56,503 bases of DNA. Origin: a virus (taxonomy: Duplodnaviria; Caudoviricetes). Below are positions 52,617 through 56,503 of the stretch, one piece after another. The notes beneath the pieces are model-generated. The model was not told where the DNA came from. It searched no databases and worked only from the letters and a program-made list of their open reading frames with translations. The first letter of the stretch is position 1. The number at the start of each line of letters is the position of its first letter. Location of the stretch: positions 1 to 56,503 of the IMG/VR virus record IMGVR_UViG_3300037478_000558. The stretch is one strand, 5' to 3'. Both the position numbers and the translations under genes were made by a program.

Positions 52617-53540
52617 CTACAATGGTCCCGTTCGTATAAGTCCACAGGAAAGACTTCCGACCGTCATTGTTCGCGATTGAGCGCTATTGTGCGACACGAA
52701 GATCGCGAACTCCGATCCCGCCTCCTCTATGGCAAAGGATCCCCCCGGAGCTGCGCCGATCGGCTCGGTCATGATCGATAATTGTGCGGGAAAGTTGTAG
52801 CGACGTGTGAATACCGGCGTGCCGGCCAGATCGGTTCCCTGCCCCAAGGTCCAAGTATATGCGGTCGATTGATTGGCGTCATCGGAGAACGAGAGAACAG
52901 CGAATGCTCGATATACTCCGTTGACATCACCGGTGGCCAGGAGCACGCCGTCTGGGCTCAAGCTCCAGAACTCCGGCCGGCGCGTGAACGGCTCGCCAAG
53001 TAGCCCTGTGAGCGGCAGACGGACCACATCCCCGGCAGGGATAACCAGAGGATCCATATCCTCCGCGACGATCGCCGCCTGGAAATTCACCGGTGTGAAC
53101 GTCTCCAAGATCTGGAGCTCGGACGACACCCGGGTGGCCCGCACGTCGATGGTGCCGCGGAGCTGGATTACCTGCCCGCTGGCGAGCTCGATGAGGATGC
53201 CGAAGAACAGCTCACCCTCGGCAAGGCTCGCGGTCTCGTCAGCGGTGAGCGGCGCATCGAACTGGCCGAGCGTGTCTCCGGTCTGGGCGAGGATGGTGAT
53301 CGTCGATAGTCCGGTCGAGGTGAGCACGGTCGGCAGGGCATCACCCGGGCCGGTGATGTTCAGGACGATGTCCGCACCGGTGATATCGATCGCCGCCCCG
53401 GTCTCGTCGCGCACGGTGCCGCGCAAGGTGAGCGTCTCGCGCTGGTTGACGAAGGTGCGGAACTCGCCGCACGGTGAGCGGAGCAGCGGATCCTCGGTGT
53501 CTGCGAGGCCGACGCGGGACAGGGACGATTGGTGGATCAT
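52617..53540 (-). CDS. BppU-like N-terminal domain tail/receptor-binding protein
   Basis: V.DETGAAIDITGA...GQF...LTADETASL motif; AT-richer beta-rich C-terminus; likely start at ATG 53540, not 54128. Confidence 0.6.
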   Translation of the reverse strand: MIHQSSLSRVGLADTEDPLLRSPCGEFRTFVNQRETLTLRGTVRDETGAAIDITGADIVLNITGPGDALPTVLTSTGLSTITILAQTGDTLGQFDAPLTADETASLAEGELFFGILIELASGQVIQLRGTIDVRATRVSSELQILETFTPVNFQAAIVAEDMDPLVIPAGDVVRLPLTGLLGEPFTRRPEFWSLSPDGVLLATGDVNGVYRAFAVLSFSDDANQSTAYTWTLGQGTDLAGTPVFTRRYNFPAQLSIMTEPIGAAPGGSFAIEEAGSEFAIFVSHNSAQSRTMTVGSLSCGLIRTGPL

Positions 53541-53663
53541 GGTGACCGCATGGTAGCAGCGAGCGCTCGCGCACGGTGTGGCGGATTGCCATAGCCACGC
53601 CGGCGCAACCGTGCGGATACTCGTCGCGATCTCGTGGCCCCGGTCATGCATGACTGATCGGCC

Positions 53664-54179
53664 ATGAAGATCGCATGCATCATCATCGCCTTCGCCATGA
53701 TCGCCTGCTCCACCCACCCACCCGCCGACCTGCCCCGGCAAGCGCGGCCGGCTGCTCGACCGGTACCCGAGCGCGAAGTGCTCGCCCTGGTGCGCGACCT
53801 GGTCAGCGTTGCTGGTCGCCGTGGCTTCTCGATGACCGCGCTGATTCGCGCCCTGGACGCGGAGAACTCGGTGGACGTGTGCCGGGCTCTGGCGCTCGCT
53901 CCGGCGCCCTGCGAGGAACTGGGCGCCCGGGTGCACGCGATGGGCCTGCGCCTGGAGGCTGCTGATGGCGAGGTCATCGGCGATGCGTCCACGCCCCCGC
54001 GCGGCTGCTCGGACGAGTACAGGCCGTGCTATCAGGTCGCGATCACCCGGGCCGCGTTGACCGGCCGGTTCGCTGCGATCATCGCCGGGCAAGCCGTCTA
54101 CGGTGTCCTGCAATGTCACTGCCGGCACTGCCCGCGCGGTAGGCTTGGCCCGGTTTGTGATGTCTTGCCTGGGGCATGA
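53664..54179 (+). CDS. Putative lipoprotein, Cys-rich
   Basis: MKIACIIIAFAMIA-C signal. Confidence 0.6.
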   Translation: MKIACIIIAFAMIACSTHPPADLPRQARPAARPVPEREVLALVRDLVSVAGRRGFSMTALIRALDAENSVDVCRALALAPAPCEELGARVHAMGLRLEAADGEVIGDASTPPRGCSDEYRPCYQVAITRAALTGRFAAIIAGQAVYGVLQCHCRHCPRGRLGPVCDVLPGA

Positions 54180-54406
54180 TCACCATCCAAACCCTCACCC
54201 TGCTCCAGCTTGCGCTCGTGGGCATCGGCGTGGCCGGCCTGTGGTTCTGGCCGCACCGCGCCCGGAGCATCATCGCCGCCACCGTGGCCGCCTGCTTTGC
54301 CGCGATCGGGCTGATGGATCCGGGCGAATGGGCATCGAGCGCGGGCCCTGCGCTGGCGATCTTCGCGCTCCTGCTCGTGTCGTGGCTCGGCGAACGTCGC
54401 CGGTGA
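54176..54406 (+). CDS. Small 3-TM membrane protein
   Basis: Three hydrophobic segments, basic C-terminus (holin-like topology). Confidence 0.65.
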   Translation: MITIQTLTLLQLALVGIGVAGLWFWPHRARSIIAATVAACFAAIGLMDPGEWASSAGPALAIFALLLVSWLGERRR

Positions 54407-54446
54407 TGCCCTGGTTTCCCGCCGCGGGATCGCCTATAACCGCGGC

Positions 54447-54575
54447 ATGAAGAACATCATCGCAGCCATCGTCCTGTTCACCGCCATCGCCCTGCTTACG
54501 GGTTGCCCGCCCGTCCACACCACGCCCGCCCCTACGGCCCCGACCGAGGCACCTCCCGATCGAGCCGCCCATTGA
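54447..54575 (+). CDS. 42-aa Pro-rich lipoprotein
   Basis: MKNIIAAIVLFTAIALLTG-CPPVHTTPAPTAPTEAPPDRAAH; canonical LTGC lipobox; not in ORF track. Confidence 0.7.
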   Translation: MKNIIAAIVLFTAIALLTGCPPVHTTPAPTAPTEAPPDRAAH

Positions 54576-54855
54576 TGGCGTCGAGACGTTCGAAGAGCAT
54601 CGCGAGCTTGACGTTCGTCTCCGTGCCCACCTCGACCACGCGGGTCGCCAGCACGCCGTATGCGCTGTAGGCGGTCCCGCCGATGGTCAGCCCCACTCCG
54701 ACCAGGATACCGATCAGCCATCTCTGGAACGTGCTCTGTCTGTTGTTCTGATCTCGAAGATCTTGGATGTCGGCTTCGAGCATCGCGATCTTCTGCTCCA
54801 TGACCGCGGAGATCACGACCGGGTGCTGCCCGGTGATTGCTGTGGTGGGATCCAT
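54532..54855 (-). CDS. Coiled-coil single-TM protein (holin/XhlA-like topology)
   Basis: Coiled coil, TM (WLIGILVGVGLTIGG), coiled coil. Confidence 0.6.
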   Translation of the reverse strand: MDPTTAITGQHPVVISAVMEQKIAMLEADIQDLRDQNNRQSTFQRWLIGILVGVGLTIGGTAYSAYGVLATRVVEVGTETNVKLAMLFERLDAINGRLDREVPRSGP

Positions 54856-54906
54856 ATGGTGCAGATTACAGCGGGCGGGGGGTCGCTATCGAGGGTAAAT
54901 CGACGT

Positions 54907-55428
54907 CTACAGCACCACCGGGTAGCAGATGCGCATCTTGATCCATCCGCCCCTTACCCCCCCTTTTTTGTCCGTGATCTTTGCTTCGATCGTGTAGAGC
55001 AGCGTATTGGACAACCTCATCGGGGCCCGCAGCGTCTCCCTTGCCTGGGACTGCCCTACGCTCCTGCTCTCTGCCTCCACTTCCACGGCAACCTTTCCGT
55101 TTGCGCCGTTGATCGATTTGATCGCGACGCTGTAAAAGCCTTCTCCTGCAAAGCTGTATGCGAGCAGATGCACGAGTGCCTTTTCTGGGATGGCCGGCAT
55201 CAGTGGCGCAACCAACACCGCACCGTTTATTCCCGTCCAGATCTGTTCCTCGGTGTCGTAGACGATGCCGCCCACACCAGTGAATGCAGATGCCGGAAAG
55301 CGCGCAGTGTGCACTACGCAAGCATCTGCGCCGGCATCCTGTCCCTGTGCGTGCGCCTCATACGAGAACCCTTCAGCACATGCAATCCCGGCCAGAGCCC
55401 CTATCAGAATCCCAACGTATTTATCCAT
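54907..55428 (-). CDS. Putative lipoprotein/secreted moron protein
   Basis: MDKYVGILIGALAGIA-C, DAG linker; AT-richer. Confidence 0.6.
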   Translation of the reverse strand: MDKYVGILIGALAGIACAEGFSYEAHAQGQDAGADACVVHTARFPASAFTGVGGIVYDTEEQIWTGINGAVLVAPLMPAIPEKALVHLLAYSFAGEGFYSVAIKSINGANGKVAVEVEAESRSVGQSQARETLRAPMRLSNTLLYTIEAKITDKKGGVRGGWIKMRICYPVVL

Positions 55429-55442
55429 CTCATGTATTCCTT

Positions 55443-56503
55443 TTACCCGCAAATATAAAACCGTGACCCGATAACTCTCACAGTGTCTCCGCCTTGACTC
55501 AAGATTCGCAGTCCTGCCGATTCTGGCAGGCCGGTAATATTCGCATCGCCGGTCCCTGAAAATTGTGTCTTATCGACTGCATAACCGGCAGCATAACCGT
55601 TCGCCCATAGTGGTAACGTCGGCACGGCGATCGCCCATCCAGAGGTAGGCGTAAGATCCTCTACCGTGAACACGCCATCCAGGATTCCATCAAACTGAAT
55701 CTTGCTGTAGTCCAGTCGACACAGACGCACTGCGGGAGTTCCAGTGGTGTAGTACAGGCCGTATCCCACCGCCATCACGCGGTAACCGCCCCCCGCAACT
55801 GGACACTCCGATAACGCGATTTCACCGCTTCCGGTTACCGAGACGAGATGCAGGTAACTCTCCGTCCAGTCTGCCGGTAAGTAGCCAAAATTTCGGCCGA
55901 TCGTATGATATTCCCGAAACCCCACCGGAACCCGGTAATCCCGGATATCCAGCTTCGGATCGAACTCCGTCTCACCGAACCGCACCTGAAACGCCGCGAT
56001 CTTCACGAATCCGGCCGGGGTGGCCGGCTCGACGGGAGATACGTCTTCGGTGCCCGTGACGACCTGGATGGTCGCCTTCACCTTGCGCTTCTTGATCACG
56101 TTCGAGGTCGTCAGCTCGCGCGTGAGCGCGTCCTCGAAGTCGCGTAGCTCCTGATCGGCAGCGTCCGCGCTCTCCTGCTCCAGCTTGATGCAGACGATAT
56201 CCCAGCGCGGATCCGTCGTGACCGCGGCGAGGGTCGAGCTGTACTCGTCGTCTTCGAGGTAGTAGCTCAAGAACTGCGGGTCGGTGCCGATGGGCACGCT
56301 ATCCGCCGTGCGCTGCAAGACCAGCCCGCGCAGGTTCTTGATCGTCAGCCCGGTGTCCGCCGCATAGGGGGCGCCCCCGTTGCCCAGGCAATACATGTTG
56401 TCGATGCTCGGGCCGGTCGCGTCGATGTCGTCCTGGATGGCCCAGCCGGCCATGATGCCGTCGAACACGGTCGCGTGGATGTGCCGCTGCATCGAGTTCA
56501 AAT
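55443..56503 (-). CDS. Tail fibre/baseplate-associated protein (3' part; starts at 188)
   Basis: PRWDIVCI, VVTGTE..SP.EP.TPAGFVKIA and DIRDYR tail-fibre N-terminal motifs; AT-richer C-terminal half. Confidence 0.7.
   Translation of the reverse strand, partial: LNSMQRHIHATVFDGIMAGWAIQDDIDATGPSIDNMYCLGNGGAPYAADTGLTIKNLRGLVLQRTADSVPIGTDPQFLSYYLEDDEYSSTLAAVTTDPRWDIVCIKLEQESADAADQELRDFEDALTRELTTSNVIKKRKVKATIQVVTGTEDVSPVEPATPAGFVKIAAFQVRFGETEFDPKLDIRDYRVPVGFREYHTIGRNFGYLPADWTESYLHLVSVTGSGEIALSECPVAGGGYRVMAVGYGLYYTTGTPAVRLCRLDYSKIQFDGILDGVFTVEDLTPTSGWAIAVPTLPLWANGYAAGYAVDKTQFSGTGDANITGLPESAGLRILSQGGDTVRVIGSRFYICG
56377..56503. repeat. Terminal direct repeat (assembly overlap), copy 2
   Basis: Identical to 1-127. 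Confidence 0.95.

Larger units (their letters stand above)
1..56503. mobile_element. Complete circular temperate myovirus (contractile-tailed Caudoviricetes) genome, 56,376 bp unit
   Basis: Terminal overlap; complete head, neck, contractile tail and baseplate set; integrase, replication and recombination modules; no host housekeeping genes. Confidence 0.93.

Noticed and set aside
53541-54128. N-terminal extension of the 503-aa ORF 52617..54128
   Set aside because: Overlaps the plus-strand lipoprotein gene; a -10 box and ATG at 53540 give a better start
56377-56503. 127-bp terminal repeat as a biological DTR
   Set aside because: Length equals a common assembly k-mer and it falls mid-gene; better explained as circular overlap

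Overview
The window is a complete, circularly assembled genome of a GC-rich temperate myovirus: bases 1-127 repeat exactly at 56377-56503, giving a unit length of 56,376 bp. The host is probably a Myxococcota bacterium, inferred from DAG-rich lipoproteins and a Cys4 small protein. The minus strand carries a full morphogenesis operon (TerL, portal, MuF, scaffold, capsid, neck, sheath/tube, frameshifted tail chaperone, tape measure, LysM, hub, spike, wedge, fibre). Also present are a tyrosine integrase with a likely attP, a replication module (Cro-like HTH, initiator, DnaC-like loader), a recombination module (RecE-like nuclease, UvrD, Sak4-like ATPase, SSB) and several DNA-modification genes. 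The most unusual signals are non-coding. (1) A type II hammerhead ribozyme with a pseudoknot and a 28-nt two-hairpin insertion in its core sits inside an early array of small genes delimited by repeated hairpin/RBS modules (31.7-37.7 kb). (2) A ~106-nt tRNA/tmRNA-like RNA lacks an anticodon arm (49.34-49.45 kb). (3) A mirror-symmetric divergent promoter cassette has ~48-bp inverted arms and no cI gene (46.5-46.65 kb). (4) Two tail-tip genes are each followed by an AT-richer lipoprotein gene. (5) There is an AroQ chorismate-mutase-like gene. All calls are by eye from motifs and synteny; no searches were run.
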